Below are positions 8,471 to 18,476 of a DNA stretch of 64,000 nt, piece by piece (position 1 is the stretch's first letter; every line of letters begins with the position of its first letter). This stretch comes from Terrimicrobiaceae bacterium (GTDB lineage: Bacteria; Verrucomicrobiota; Verrucomicrobiia; Chthoniobacterales; Terrimicrobiaceae): the NCBI GenBank assembly GCA_041752695.1, contig JBGSVZ010000009.1, forward strand, positions 76,984 through 140,983. The letters run 5' to 3'. The notes beneath the pieces were generated by a model. That model was given only the letters and a program-made list of their open reading frames with translations. It did no database searches and was not told the origin of the DNA. Made by a program: the position numbers and the translations under genes.

Positions 8471-9172
8471 CTAGGGCTGGGGGGTGATGGGTTTCACCGA
8501 GATGTATTCCGGATATCCGGCAATGTCGGCCTGCACATTGTACGTCTGGCCGGGCTTGAGATCCCGGGTGGGGATTTTTTCCCGATATTCGATGCGCTCC
8601 TTGGGATTGAGGATGACGATGCCCTCCTGCGGTTTAAACGCCCGGTCTTCCGACCAGCGATTGACCACTTTGCCTTCGGCATCGGTCGTGACGATTTCGA
8701 TGCGCTGACTGGTCGGATAGTCGAGACGGATGAGTTGGCCGGTATTGTTGCGCAGGGTGTAAATGCCTTCGACCTCCCGTCGGTCGGTGAGGGAAAATGT
8801 TGGAGGTTCGATCGTGAGTTTTTCCGTGGTTTTGGTGGCTTGGAGACCACGCAGATTGACCGAGGCAAACATCTCGGTGAAAAATTTTCCCAGGATGGCA
8901 GTGGAGCTGTCGGGGCTGTTCTTCACCTTGGGGAAAGCCGCCAGCGAATTTTGCTCCGCCTGAATGGGGAGGTCCGTCCGGTTGGCCAGAAGTTTGGCGG
9001 CCTCGCGTTCCGCAAAAAACGGGCTGCCTTCATCCGGCTGGCTCACGGCAAACGCGGCGGCGGCCTGCTCCGTGGTGGGGGGCGGAGTGGCACGCGCGCC
9101 CGGGGCGGCAGTCTGGGCCAGCGCCCAGCCCGGCAGGGCGAGCGAAACAAACAGGACAAACGATTTCATCAC
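8471..9172 (-). CDS. Secreted protein with BsuPI-like (proteinase inhibitor) Ig-fold domain
   Basis: Signal peptide; C-terminal LRNNTGQLIRLDYPTSQRIEI...RWSEDRAF...LNPKE resembles the BsuPI family. Confidence 0.7.
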   Translation of the reverse strand: MMKSFVLFVSLALPGWALAQTAAPGARATPPPTTEQAAAAFAVSQPDEGSPFFAEREAAKLLANRTDLPIQAEQNSLAAFPKVKNSPDSSTAILGKFFTEMFASVNLRGLQATKTTEKLTIEPPTFSLTDRREVEGIYTLRNNTGQLIRLDYPTSQRIEIVTTDAEGKVVNRWSEDRAFKPQEGIVILNPKERIEYREKIPTRDLKPGQTYNVQADIAGYPEYISVKPITPQP

Positions 9173-9201
9173 GTTGTGGTGCTATCGCAGCCTTCCCGCA
9201 G

Positions 9202-9229
9202 TTGCAAATCCCTTCTCGCGAATTATGAT
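9202..9229 (+). promoter_or_regulatory. Sigma70-like promoter, probably leaderless
   Basis: TTGCAA-16 nt-TATGAT, then 6 nt to ATG 9236 with no Shine-Dalgarno. Confidence 0.55.
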
Positions 9230-9235
9230 CGGCCC

Positions 9236-9796
9236 ATGCTCCGCGTACTTCTCCTTTGCCTTCTCCCCCTTGCTCCACTTGTCGCCGGAGAAACGAAGAA
9301 GGGAAACGAAGTGATGATCCATCTGTACACCGAGGGAGGAGAACACGAGGGACCAACTTTTGTTTCCCCGGTGGTGCTCCAGAATCCCCCCAAAAAAACC
9401 TTCATCCGCAAGGTGCCGATTGTGACACAAAATGATTTTTCTGCGTTCTACCCCTTCGCCGCGCCAGACGGCACGATTGGCTGCTACTTCAAACTCGACA
9501 ACAACGGGACGCACAAACTCCACCAGCACACCGTGGAAAAGCTGGACACTCTCGTGGTCGCCATGATCAACGGCCGCGTGGCCTGCGCCATGATGGTCGA
9601 CAAGCAGATCAAGGACGGCGTCCTGCCCATTCCCTCCGGCTTCCTTCCCATTGAGGTCGCCCAGTTGCAAACCCAGTTCCCGATCATCGGCAAGGAAAAG
9701 GAATTCGAGGCCCAGAAAAAAAAGGCCCTCGCTGCCATCAAGGAATCGGAGAAGAATAAGCCCAAAGCCACCCCAGCGCCCAAGGAAGTCCCATGA
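9236..9796 (+). CDS. Exported hypothetical protein, possibly SecDF head-subdomain-like
   Basis: Signal peptide MLRVLLLCLLPLAPLVAG; FKLDNNGTHKL...LVVAMINGRV pattern. The upstream part of the 8354-9796 ORF is antisense to another gene. Confidence 0.7.
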   Translation: MLRVLLLCLLPLAPLVAGETKKGNEVMIHLYTEGGEHEGPTFVSPVVLQNPPKKTFIRKVPIVTQNDFSAFYPFAAPDGTIGCYFKLDNNGTHKLHQHTVEKLDTLVVAMINGRVACAMMVDKQIKDGVLPIPSGFLPIEVAQLQTQFPIIGKEKEFEAQKKKALAAIKESEKNKPKATPAPKEVP

Positions 9797-10815
9797 TCCG
9801 CGCCCTCTGCACAGTCATCGCCGCCCTTGCCATCAACAGCCTGCGCGCGGAACCCCTGGTGCAATTTCCGACGGAAAATCGCGCCCTCCTGGAGGGCCGG
9901 CCCCAGGATTTTTTCATGTATGTGGATCGGGATTTTGAGGGCGAAAAAACGAAACCCTGGCAGGGCGGACAATACGGCTACGTGCGCGGCCCTCAGCGTT
10001 CCGGCGGCAAGATCGTTTACACCCATCTGCACGAGGGAATCGACATCGCCCCGGTCCGCCGCGATGCCGCGGGCAATCCGCTCGACGAGGTTCGCGCCGC
10101 CGCCAGCGGCCGTGTGGTTCATGTCAGCCTCCTTCCCGGCGCTTCAAATTACGGCCGCTACGTCGTAATCGAACACCAATGGGAAAACTCCCCGTGCTAC
10201 ACGCTTTACGCGCATCTCTCGACCATCTCCGTCCAGCCCGGCCAGACCGTGCGACAGGGCGAACCCATCGGAGTGATGGGTTTCACCGGAGCCGGCATCA
10301 ACCGCGAGCGCTCCCATGTCCACTTTGAAGTGTGCCTCCTCCTCAATAAAAATTACGACACTTGGCACGACGCCGTATTCCCCGGCAGCCCGAATAAACA
10401 CGGGAACTTCAATGGCATGAACCTCGTCGGGTTCGACCCTTCGAAGCTCCTTGTAGAGGCGAAAGCGAATCCCTCACTGACCATTTCCGACGCCGTGGCC
10501 ACAAACGAAGCCGCCTTCAAGATTTCCGTGCGCAACACCCCGAACTTCGGCCTCGTCCGCACCTACCCCTGGCTGGTTTCTCCCGGCGAAATCGCCAACC
10601 CTCCGGCCTGGACCATTACCTTCAACCGCCACGGCGCTCCGCTAAAAATTGAAGCCTCCCCCACTCCCGTGACCGAACCTGTCGCCACCTGGGTGCGCGA
10701 CAGCGATCTGCCGGCCGCTGCCGCCACCAGGGGCCTGGTCGTCGGATCTTCCGCAGCTCCCCGCCTGTCCGATTCCGGCAAACGGTTCGCCCGCCTGCTC
10801 ACCTGGCCGGATTGA
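9793..10815 (+). CDS. M23 family metallopeptidase
   Basis: HEGIDI, YAHL and HVHFE zinc motifs; signal peptide; ATGA overlap. Confidence 0.92.
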   Translation: MIRALCTVIAALAINSLRAEPLVQFPTENRALLEGRPQDFFMYVDRDFEGEKTKPWQGGQYGYVRGPQRSGGKIVYTHLHEGIDIAPVRRDAAGNPLDEVRAAASGRVVHVSLLPGASNYGRYVVIEHQWENSPCYTLYAHLSTISVQPGQTVRQGEPIGVMGFTGAGINRERSHVHFEVCLLLNKNYDTWHDAVFPGSPNKHGNFNGMNLVGFDPSKLLVEAKANPSLTISDAVATNEAAFKISVRNTPNFGLVRTYPWLVSPGEIANPPAWTITFNRHGAPLKIEASPTPVTEPVATWVRDSDLPAAAATRGLVVGSSAAPRLSDSGKRFARLLTWPD

Positions 10816-10860
10816 AGGTCGGCCAAAAGCTGACCACAAATGGTGCGACCACCAAATAAA

Positions 10861-10920
10861 TGTAGTCGCCTCGCTCTGTCGAGGCGTCCGGCGGCGCCCC
10901 AACGGAGTGGGGCGACTACA
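10861..10920. repeat. GTAG-type REP doublet between convergent genes
   Basis: tgtagtcgcctcgctctgtcgaggcg...cgccccaacggagtggggcgactaca: terminal inverted repeat tgtagtcgcc/ggcgactaca with internal hairpins. Confidence 0.8.
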
Positions 10921-10935
10921 GTCTGTCGGAATCGC

Positions 10936-11919
10936 TCAGCGGGGCTGGGCCAACGCTTCTTTGAGTACCGCCTCCGCAGTCACCCCCTCCGCCTCGCCCT
11001 CGAAATTCAAGATAATGCGATGCCGCAGGGCCGGCAGCACCCAGGCGTCGATGTCGTCTTTGGCCACATGGAAACGTCCGTCGAGTAGCGCGCTGATTTT
11101 GGCGCAGAGGATGAGGGCCTGGGCACCGCGGGGACTGGCCCCGTACCGGACGTATTTTTTGGCCAGCGGCACCGACTCCGCCCGATCTGGGTGGGTGGCC
11201 AGCACAAGCTGCACGGCACGCGCCTCGATCTCCCGAACCACCGGCACCGAGCGCACAAGCTCCCGCAAGCCGGTGAGATTTTCCAATTTCACGGTCCCCA
11301 CCTCCGGCGCGTGATCCCCAGTCGTGCGGGCGAGGATTTCGTGCAGATCGTCTGCGCCGGGATATTCCACTTGAAGCTTCAGAAGAAACCGGTCGAGCTG
11401 CGCTTCCGGCAAGGGATACGTGCCCTCCATCTCGATGGGATTTTGCGTCGCCAGGACAAGAAACGGCCGCTTCATGGTGTGCTGGACGCCAGCGACAGTG
11501 ACATGGCGTTCCTGCATGGCCTCAAGGAGCGCGCTCTGGGTTTTCGGCGTGGCGCGATTAATTTCGTCGGCGAGGAGGATGTTGGAAAACACCGGGCCGG
11601 GCTCGAATTGAAAGCGTTTCCGGCCATGCTCGTCCTCCACAATAAGGTTGGTGCCGATGATGTCGGAAGGCATGAGATCCGGGGTGAACTGAATGCGCGA
11701 AAAATCCAGCCCGGCCGCGCTGGCCAGGGTGCGCACGAGGGCGGTTTTTCCCAGACCGGGAGCGCCTTCAAGCAGTGCGTGGCCTTCGGCAAAAAAGGCG
11801 GTGAGCACGCCGTGGATGATTTCGCTTTGTCCCACGAGGAAACTTTCCATCGCGGTGCGCAGGCTGTGAAAGGCCTCGCGAAATTCGGCGGCGTGGGATT
11901 CTACGGATTCGGTACTCAT
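10936..11919 (-). CDS. MoxR-family AAA+ ATPase
   Basis: GAPGLGKT, RIQFTPDLMPSD, DEINRATPKTQSALLEAMQE and EGTYPLPEAQLDRF. Confidence 0.96.
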   Translation of the reverse strand: MSTESVESHAAEFREAFHSLRTAMESFLVGQSEIIHGVLTAFFAEGHALLEGAPGLGKTALVRTLASAAGLDFSRIQFTPDLMPSDIIGTNLIVEDEHGRKRFQFEPGPVFSNILLADEINRATPKTQSALLEAMQERHVTVAGVQHTMKRPFLVLATQNPIEMEGTYPLPEAQLDRFLLKLQVEYPGADDLHEILARTTGDHAPEVGTVKLENLTGLRELVRSVPVVREIEARAVQLVLATHPDRAESVPLAKKYVRYGASPRGAQALILCAKISALLDGRFHVAKDDIDAWVLPALRHRIILNFEGEAEGVTAEAVLKEALAQPR

Positions 11920-11923
11920 AATG

Positions 11924-13330
11924 TCAGTCTTTCGGCCGGATGGCCTCGAAATAGCGTTTCACCAGAAGGCGCGAGCCGGCGGGGATTTCCTCCTGCGAGA
12001 CGGCGTCCAGGGCGGCGGGAGCGGCGCTTTGGTAGGCAGATTTCCAGGCCCGGCGCGCGGCGGGATCGTCGCCTCCGGCCGCCCGCAACATCTCAACCAG
12101 CGACGCGCCATCGCCCATCTGTCCGGCCACAAATTCCTCGGGGCCGCCCGCCTCGCTCAGGGCCGGGTTTCCTCCGCCCAGATCCGCTCCCTGGCCCAGA
12201 TCCTTCTCGGAACCGGGCGCCCCCCCGGGTGGGGCATTGTCAGCCAGGCCGGACTCTGGTTTTTCTCCGCCGTTGGGCGCATCGTTCGGATCGCCCTCCT
12301 CTCCGGAATTTTCGCCTTCGCCGGATTCCCCTCCGGTTCCCTGTTTGATGTCCCGCAGGGCGGAAAGAAATTTTTTGCGCCCCTGGCCGTTGCCATCGCC
12401 TTTGGACGATTTCAAAATCGATCCCAACTGCTGCCGGGCCTGTTGGTTCTGGGCGAGTTCCTGGAGTTTGCGGCTTTCCAGGTGTTTCGCCGCCTGTTCG
12501 AGCGCCTTGGCCAGGGCCTCCGAGTCGAGCTTCGCCACGCTTTCTGCGGCCCGCTGGTGATCTCCGGACTGCAATTCGGCGGCTAGCTGAGGGGAAGACC
12601 CAGCCAGGGCTTCGGCCAGCGCGGCTGTCTCGGCCGGTGACAGGGCGTCAGGACCACCGGCGGAGGAAAGCTTTCGCTCCAACTCGGCCAGCGCCCGCAG
12701 GGCATCCCGGAGGGGTTCGTTCGAATCGGGGAGATTTTTTATGGCCTGCGCGATCTCCTTCGCTGCTTGCGCCACTTCGGGATTTTCTTTTTGCGTGGCC
12801 GCCGCCTTCTGCGCCTCGTCCAGGATCTGGCGGGCTCCCGCCAGTTCATCAGCCAGCCCCGCCACGCGCAGGCGGTGAAAACTTTCCAGGCCCAGCAGCG
12901 CGAGGAGAGGAATCACCAGCCACAAAAAATTGCGCCCCGGGAATGGCAGCCTGAGATTTTTTCGCAGGCTCAGCGTTTCCGCGTAAACCGCCACTTCGCG
13001 ATGCAAGGCGGCGGTCCAGGGCGTTTCCTCGGTGACCTGCCACTCGGTGGAAAAGCGATCCTTCGTCCCCATCCGCGCATCCACCTCCCGGGCCACCTCG
13101 CCCATCGACCGCCAGCGGAAAATGGCGAAAACCCATGCCGCCACCAACGGCAAGGCCAGCACCCAGGGAACCGCGATCAGCACCTCACGATGTCCCGCCA
13201 AGGCCACCCCTCTCAGCACCACCACCGCGGAAAGCCCGGCCAGCAAGGCCCAGGCGGAGCTCTGCAAAAAGGTGTTCCCGACCAAACGACCGCGCGCTTC
13301 GCGGAGCTTTTGGCGCACAATCCCATTCAC
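11924..13330 (-). CDS. MoxR-associated membrane protein with coiled-coil and Gly-rich tail
   Basis: Three TM segments, KDRFST motif, C-terminal EEIPAGSRLLVKRYFEAI; 4 nt from moxR. Confidence 0.8.
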   Translation of the reverse strand: MNGIVRQKLREARGRLVGNTFLQSSAWALLAGLSAVVVLRGVALAGHREVLIAVPWVLALPLVAAWVFAIFRWRSMGEVAREVDARMGTKDRFSTEWQVTEETPWTAALHREVAVYAETLSLRKNLRLPFPGRNFLWLVIPLLALLGLESFHRLRVAGLADELAGARQILDEAQKAAATQKENPEVAQAAKEIAQAIKNLPDSNEPLRDALRALAELERKLSSAGGPDALSPAETAALAEALAGSSPQLAAELQSGDHQRAAESVAKLDSEALAKALEQAAKHLESRKLQELAQNQQARQQLGSILKSSKGDGNGQGRKKFLSALRDIKQGTGGESGEGENSGEEGDPNDAPNGGEKPESGLADNAPPGGAPGSEKDLGQGADLGGGNPALSEAGGPEEFVAGQMGDGASLVEMLRAAGGDDPAARRAWKSAYQSAAPAALDAVSQEEIPAGSRLLVKRYFEAIRPKD

Positions 13331-13423
13331 GCCTCCAACAAGAGCAAACCCCGGCGGAATTGCAATGGTGGAGGAAAAGCGGGATCCCGCAAGTCCCGGG
13401 CCGCCGCGGATTATCCGCCGGGA

Positions 13424-14470
13424 CTAAAGGGGCTTCTTCTCCGCCAACGCGATTTCGCCCACCTCGTAAATATCCTTCGCCAGACCCACAATCTTTCCAT
13501 CCGGCTCACCGACCACCGAGTGGTCCTTGCCGGAATAGGGAATCGCGGTCAGCACAAATTTCATGGCATTAAGCCTCGCCCGCCGTTTGTCGTCCGAGCG
13601 GACAATCGTCCAGGGCGCATCCGCGGTGTCGGTGTAAAAAAGCATGGCCTCCTTGGCCTTGGTGTATTCCTCCCAGCGGGCGAGCGACTCCACATCCATC
13701 GGGCTGAGTTTCCACTGTTTGAGCGGATCCTTCGCCCGACCAAGAAACCGGCGCAGTTGTTCTTCGCGACTGACGGAAAACCAAAACTTAAACAACTTGA
13801 TCCCGCTGCGCACCATCATGCGCTCAAATTCCGGAGCCTGGCGCATGAATTCGAGGTATTCATGACCGGAGCAAAATCCCATCACATGCTCGACGCCGGC
13901 GCGGTTGTACCAGGACCGATCGTAGAGCACGATTTCGCCCTTGGTGGGAAGCTGCTCAATGTACCGCTGGAAATACCACTGACCGCGCTCGGTTTCCGTG
14001 GGTTTGGTGAGGGCGACCACCCGCGCGCCCCTGGGGTTCAAATTTTCCGTGAAGCGTTTGATTGTCCCGCCCTTGCCCGCGGCATCGCGGCCTTCGAAAA
14101 GCAGGACAATCCGATCGCCCGACTCCTTCACCCACGCCTGCATCTTGACCAACTCAATGGCGAGCAACCCGGCCTCTTCCTCGTAATCGTCCCCATCCAT
14201 CGGGGTGGAATAGGGATAACTGGCATTAATGATGTCCTTCTTCTTCGCCTGACGGACTTTCTGAATAATGTCGTCGGGCACACTGCTGCGCACCTGCTCG
14301 GCAATCAACTCCACCATGGGGAAAGACCCCGCCGTGGTGATCGCCTCGCTCATCAGCCGATGACGTTCTTTTTTGCGCTCCTTTTTGAGCTTCTTTTTCT
14401 CCGCCTTCCCTTTGGCCTTCGCGGTGAGGGGCGCTTCTTCGGTTTCCGCAGGCGTGAGCTCTTCGTCCAT
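13424..14470 (-). CDS. ppk2: Polyphosphate kinase 2
   Basis: FEGRDAAGKGG, QWYFQRY, DRSWYNRAGVE and WKLSPMD; ATG at 14470 preferred. Confidence 0.96.
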   Translation of the reverse strand: MDEELTPAETEEAPLTAKAKGKAEKKKLKKERKKERHRLMSEAITTAGSFPMVELIAEQVRSSVPDDIIQKVRQAKKKDIINASYPYSTPMDGDDYEEEAGLLAIELVKMQAWVKESGDRIVLLFEGRDAAGKGGTIKRFTENLNPRGARVVALTKPTETERGQWYFQRYIEQLPTKGEIVLYDRSWYNRAGVEHVMGFCSGHEYLEFMRQAPEFERMMVRSGIKLFKFWFSVSREEQLRRFLGRAKDPLKQWKLSPMDVESLARWEEYTKAKEAMLFYTDTADAPWTIVRSDDKRRARLNAMKFVLTAIPYSGKDHSVVGEPDGKIVGLAKDIYEVGEIALAEKKPL

Positions 14471-14536
14471 AAATGTTTTTAAGATGGGTGCGGGGGCAGA
14501 AAGAGCATCTCGCGTGCCATCCCGCACACGGTCCCG

Positions 14537-15568
14537 CTAAGCCCGGTCGCCATCCACTCCGGGCAACGGCCGCACCGGCATCACATTCAGCGCGCGCACG
14601 CGCTCGAAAACGCCCGGCGACACCTCCGGACTTTTGGCATAGGCCCCGAAAATCATTTCCAGACGCGCATCGAGATTGTCCACGTAATGCAAGGCGATGG
14701 CCTCTGGGGTCTTGGGTTCCACCGGGGAGCCGTATTCCAGCTCGCCATGGTGGGCGGCGATCAGGTGCAGCAGATGCAGCCTCACGTCTTCAGAGGCCGG
14801 CGTGAGCGTCTTCCACTCGTCGAGGGGCAGCTTGCGCCAGAGGGCATTGGCCACTTCGATGCCGATACTGATGTGCCCGAGCAACTCGCCGCGCAGTTCG
14901 CGCGGCATGTCGAAGCCATTTTCCGGCGGACACATTTCCCAAAGCTTCCCGCTGTCATGAAAAAGCACGCCGGTCAGCAACAGGTCCCGATTGAGCACCG
15001 GGTAGGCCACGCAAATGCAGTCCGCCGTCCGCATCATCTGCGCGGTGTGGCGGAGCAGCCCGCCACGGAAGGCGTGGTGATTAAACCGCGCCGCCGCCGC
15101 CCGGCGAAAACGCAGTCCAAACTCGTCGAGGAACGCCACCGCCAGGGAACGCAACCGCGGGTCGCCGAGGCTTTCCACCAGGCTGGTGACCAATTCGAAA
15201 TCCGCATCATTGGTTTCTCGGGTCGCGGCATCGCCATCGAACAAATCCTGCGCCTCCGCGGGCATCAGAGGGCGCATCGTCCAGCGCTGCGCCTCCAGAC
15301 CAAACGCGCTGATGCCAAACTCGCCTTCCACCTGCACGGTGTCGCCTTTTTCCAATTCCTCGCAGGCGGTGAAATTCGGCGAGTTGTTCCAGGCCTTCAG
15401 CGACAGCGAATCTGTGCCGTCCCTCAAGCGGAGTTCAAAAAACGGTTTCCCATTCCGGTCCTCCTTGCGGACCAAGTCCTCGACCTGGGCGTGGAGACGG
15501 GCTCCCAACGTGCTGGCGCGGGCCTCGGTGCGGAGTTGGGCAACGGTCTTGCGGGCGGGGTCAGACAT
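14537..15568 (-). CDS. YhaM-family 3'-5' exoribonuclease (OB fold + HD domain)
   Basis: N-terminal OB-like region, HHAFRGGLLRHT, HDSGK, AHHG and PKTPEA...DNLDA. Confidence 0.9.
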   Translation of the reverse strand: MSDPARKTVAQLRTEARASTLGARLHAQVEDLVRKEDRNGKPFFELRLRDGTDSLSLKAWNNSPNFTACEELEKGDTVQVEGEFGISAFGLEAQRWTMRPLMPAEAQDLFDGDAATRETNDADFELVTSLVESLGDPRLRSLAVAFLDEFGLRFRRAAAARFNHHAFRGGLLRHTAQMMRTADCICVAYPVLNRDLLLTGVLFHDSGKLWEMCPPENGFDMPRELRGELLGHISIGIEVANALWRKLPLDEWKTLTPASEDVRLHLLHLIAAHHGELEYGSPVEPKTPEAIALHYVDNLDARLEMIFGAYAKSPEVSPGVFERVRALNVMPVRPLPGVDGDRA

Positions 15569-15631
15569 GGGATTCTTTAACCACCGATTTCGCGGATGGG
15601 CACGGATAAAAACTCCGCCATCAGCCGCCCG

Positions 15632-17287
15632 TCAGGGTTTCGGCTCGGCGATCTTCGGCGCGAAAAACGTTGCGCCATTCTGGGTGTGGGTCCCGCCCAG
15701 GACATTGCCCTTGTCGTCGCGCTGGAATTCGATTGCCGCCTTCGCCACCTTCCAAACGAACCTGGTCGCAGACTCGGGAAAAATCGGAAACTTCGGCTGA
15801 CCGCTGAGCTGGGCGTAGAGCTGGTTGCCGTCCTTCGTCACGGTCAGCACCGCGAGGGGACCATACTGATATTTCCCGGGGAGTCCGTCCAGGGACACGT
15901 TGGAGAGCGGGGCTTTGTCGTCCAACCGCGCCGCGCGAAAGGTGGCGTCGTTTTGAGTGTGACGCACGGCGACCACCTTGCCATCTGGATCGCTGACAAA
16001 ATTCATCCGGGCATCCACCACTTTGAAAAAGAACGCGTCCGGTCCCGATGGGAAAATTTCATACCGCTGCTGGCCGGTGAGCTGCGCAAAAATGCGCCCG
16101 TTTTCCACCGTCACCTCCATGATGCCGCTGCGATAGTCGTAGCGGCCGGCGAACGGGCCGAACGTGGCAGGATCAACCGTCGGGTCCATCGTCGGTGCGG
16201 TTTGTGAAATCTCATCCCTCAGGACAGCGTGGGCGACTTGGGAAAGGAGATAAGCCGGAACGACCTGAGGCGGCGGAGGCATGGCATTGCCCAGCACCGC
16301 GATGGCGAGCTTTTGGTCGGGAAACCAGGCAAGCCGACTGAGGAACCCATCGAGCCCGCCATTGTGCTCGATCACCGGCAACCCGCCAATCTCCGACCGA
16401 TAGAGGCCAAAGCCGTAGGCGCCAACTCCGTCTTCCGGGTCCGGGTCTTCCGGGAACGTGCACATGGCCTGCAGGCTGCCCGGTTGCAAAACCCGGCCAC
16501 CATGAAGCGCCTCCGTCCAGAGGCAGAGATCGCCCACGGTGGAAAACAACGCACCCGCGCCGCCCGCCCAACTCATGTCCCAATCCGTCGCGGGCGTAAA
16601 TTTCCCCGCGTCGTACGAATACCCTTTTGCCACTCCGGGCGGCGGATCGGAATTGCGAAACACCCCGGTGGATTTCAAACCGAGCGGACGGAAAAACTCG
16701 TCCCGCAAAAACTGGTCGAACGCCTGGCCGGACACCTGCGCGACGATCTCGGCGAGGAGAAAATAATTCGTGTTGGAGTAGGCAAACTTTTCCCCCGGCG
16801 CGAAATCCGGTGGGTCGTCGCGGAACCAGGCGATCAGTTCCGCCGGCGCAATGGGCCGCGTCACACGGCTCGGGAATTCCGGCTTGGACGTATAGTTGGC
16901 CAGCCCCGACCGATGAGTCAGCAAGTGGCGAAGGGTGACCTTTTCCCCGCGGGGAAACTCGGGAAAAAATTTTGTCAGCGGGTCATCCAACGAAAGTCTC
17001 CCCTGCTCCGCCAAACGAAGCACCGCCGCAGCGGTGAACTGCTTGGAGACGGACCCGATGCGGAACGGCGTGTCCATCGTGGCGGCGCGCCCCGTTTCCC
17101 GATCCGCCAGCCCGGAAGCCCGTTGGTAAATCGTCGTTCCCTCCCGGTTCGACTGAATGACCACCGCCTCCCCGTCCGCAGGCAGTAAGGGGTTGAGCAT
17201 TTCCTCCAGCTTCGCCCCATCGCCCGCCGTCCAAGACGGTCCGGCCAAAAGGACAAAGAAGGTGGCGGCGAGAAGCCAGCGGCGCAT
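15632..17287 (-). CDS. Serine hydrolase, class C beta-lactamase family, with two C-terminal DUF3471-like repeats
   Basis: FRIGSVSK (SxxK), YSN, HNGG; two repeated GxY...AQLxGQ...IFP units. Confidence 0.9.
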   Translation of the reverse strand: MRRWLLAATFFVLLAGPSWTAGDGAKLEEMLNPLLPADGEAVVIQSNREGTTIYQRASGLADRETGRAATMDTPFRIGSVSKQFTAAAVLRLAEQGRLSLDDPLTKFFPEFPRGEKVTLRHLLTHRSGLANYTSKPEFPSRVTRPIAPAELIAWFRDDPPDFAPGEKFAYSNTNYFLLAEIVAQVSGQAFDQFLRDEFFRPLGLKSTGVFRNSDPPPGVAKGYSYDAGKFTPATDWDMSWAGGAGALFSTVGDLCLWTEALHGGRVLQPGSLQAMCTFPEDPDPEDGVGAYGFGLYRSEIGGLPVIEHNGGLDGFLSRLAWFPDQKLAIAVLGNAMPPPPQVVPAYLLSQVAHAVLRDEISQTAPTMDPTVDPATFGPFAGRYDYRSGIMEVTVENGRIFAQLTGQQRYEIFPSGPDAFFFKVVDARMNFVSDPDGKVVAVRHTQNDATFRAARLDDKAPLSNVSLDGLPGKYQYGPLAVLTVTKDGNQLYAQLSGQPKFPIFPESATRFVWKVAKAAIEFQRDDKGNVLGGTHTQNGATFFAPKIAEPKP

Positions 17288-17295
17288 GACAGGGC

Positions 17296-18381
17296 TCAGT
17301 TGAGGAGCTGGTACCAGGTGCTGCGCTGATGAGGTTCGTAGCCCGCTTCGCGAATGAGGCGCTCGATGTCCCCCTTGTTCAGGCGGAAGGTCGTTCCGGC
17401 ACTGGAGACGACATTTTCCTCCATCATCACGCTGCCAAAATCGTTGGCGCCGTATTTCAAAGCGATCTGCCCGATCTTCGGCCCCTGCGTCACCCAGGAA
17501 CTCTGCACATTTTCAAAATTATCCAGGTAGATCCGCGAGAGGGCCTGCATGCGCAGATATTCGGCCGAGGTGACTGTCTCGGCTCTCAGGCGCGTGTTTT
17601 CCGGCTGGAACGTCCAGCAGATGAAAGCCGTAAACCCGCCGGTTTCATCCTGGGTCTCCCGGAGGCGTTCCAGATGTTCGATCCGGTCATCCAGCGTTTC
17701 GACATGCCCGAACATCATCGTCGCGCTGGACCGCATCCCGAGCTCGTGCGCAATGCGCATCACTTCCAGCCAGTGGTCGCTGTCGCATTTCAGCGGCGCG
17801 ATGCGGTTGCGCACGGCATCCACCAAAATCTCGCCGCCTCCGCCCGGGATCGAACCCAGCCCGGCTTCCTGAAAGCGCGAGATCACTTCCCGCAGCGGCA
17901 TGCCGAAGACCTGGGAAAAATGATTAAACTCCGGCGGACTGAACCCGTGAATATTGATGGCCGGATACTTCGCACGGATGTGCGAGAGCATGTTCAGATA
18001 AAAATCGATGCCGAGCTTGGGATGATGCCCTCCCTGGAGCAGCACCTGGACGCCGCCCTCTGCGGAAAGTTCATCGAGTTTTTCATCAATCTGCTCCAGC
18101 GAGAGCACGTAGTGGTCGTCGTCCTTTTCCGTCCGATAAAACGCGCAAAACTTGCAATAGACATTGCAGACGTTGGTGTAGTTGATGTTGCGGTCCACGA
18201 TATAAGTGACCACGTCATTACCCCGGCCACCGTAAGCGGCCTCCTTCGCCCGCATCCGTCGCTGGTCGGCCAGAGTTCCCAGTTCCTGCAAAGGCAGGCA
18301 ATGCAGTTCCTTCGCGTCCTCGCGGGAAATCCGTTCTCCATCCAGCACCTTGCCCACCACGTCGTCCAATATCGCTGCCAT
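17296..18381 (-). CDS. mqnC: Cyclic dehypoxanthinyl futalosine synthase (radical SAM)
   Basis: RNINYTNVCNVYCKFCAF, LQGGHHP, PGGGGEIL and MMEENVVSSAG. Confidence 0.92.
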   Translation of the reverse strand: MAAILDDVVGKVLDGERISREDAKELHCLPLQELGTLADQRRMRAKEAAYGGRGNDVVTYIVDRNINYTNVCNVYCKFCAFYRTEKDDDHYVLSLEQIDEKLDELSAEGGVQVLLQGGHHPKLGIDFYLNMLSHIRAKYPAINIHGFSPPEFNHFSQVFGMPLREVISRFQEAGLGSIPGGGGEILVDAVRNRIAPLKCDSDHWLEVMRIAHELGMRSSATMMFGHVETLDDRIEHLERLRETQDETGGFTAFICWTFQPENTRLRAETVTSAEYLRMQALSRIYLDNFENVQSSWVTQGPKIGQIALKYGANDFGSVMMEENVVSSAGTTFRLNKGDIERLIREAGYEPHQRSTWYQLLN

Positions 18382-18390
18382 ACGGAAGAG

Positions 18391-18419
18391 ACTATGACAC
18401 TCCCCGGGCGGGGGGTCAA
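18391..18419 (-). promoter_or_regulatory. Sigma70-like promoter of mqnC (very short leader)
   Basis: TTGACC-17 nt-CATAGT, 9 nt before the ATG. Confidence 0.5.
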
Positions 18420-18476
18420 CGTGTCCGCAGTTTTACGTCAGGCGAGGGCGGCGGCAATCCCGCTGGCGGGCGGGTT

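Noticed and set aside
8354..9235. N-terminal 294 aa of the 8354-9796 ORF
   Set aside because: Antisense to the BsuPI-like gene; the signal peptide and promoter point to ATG 9236.
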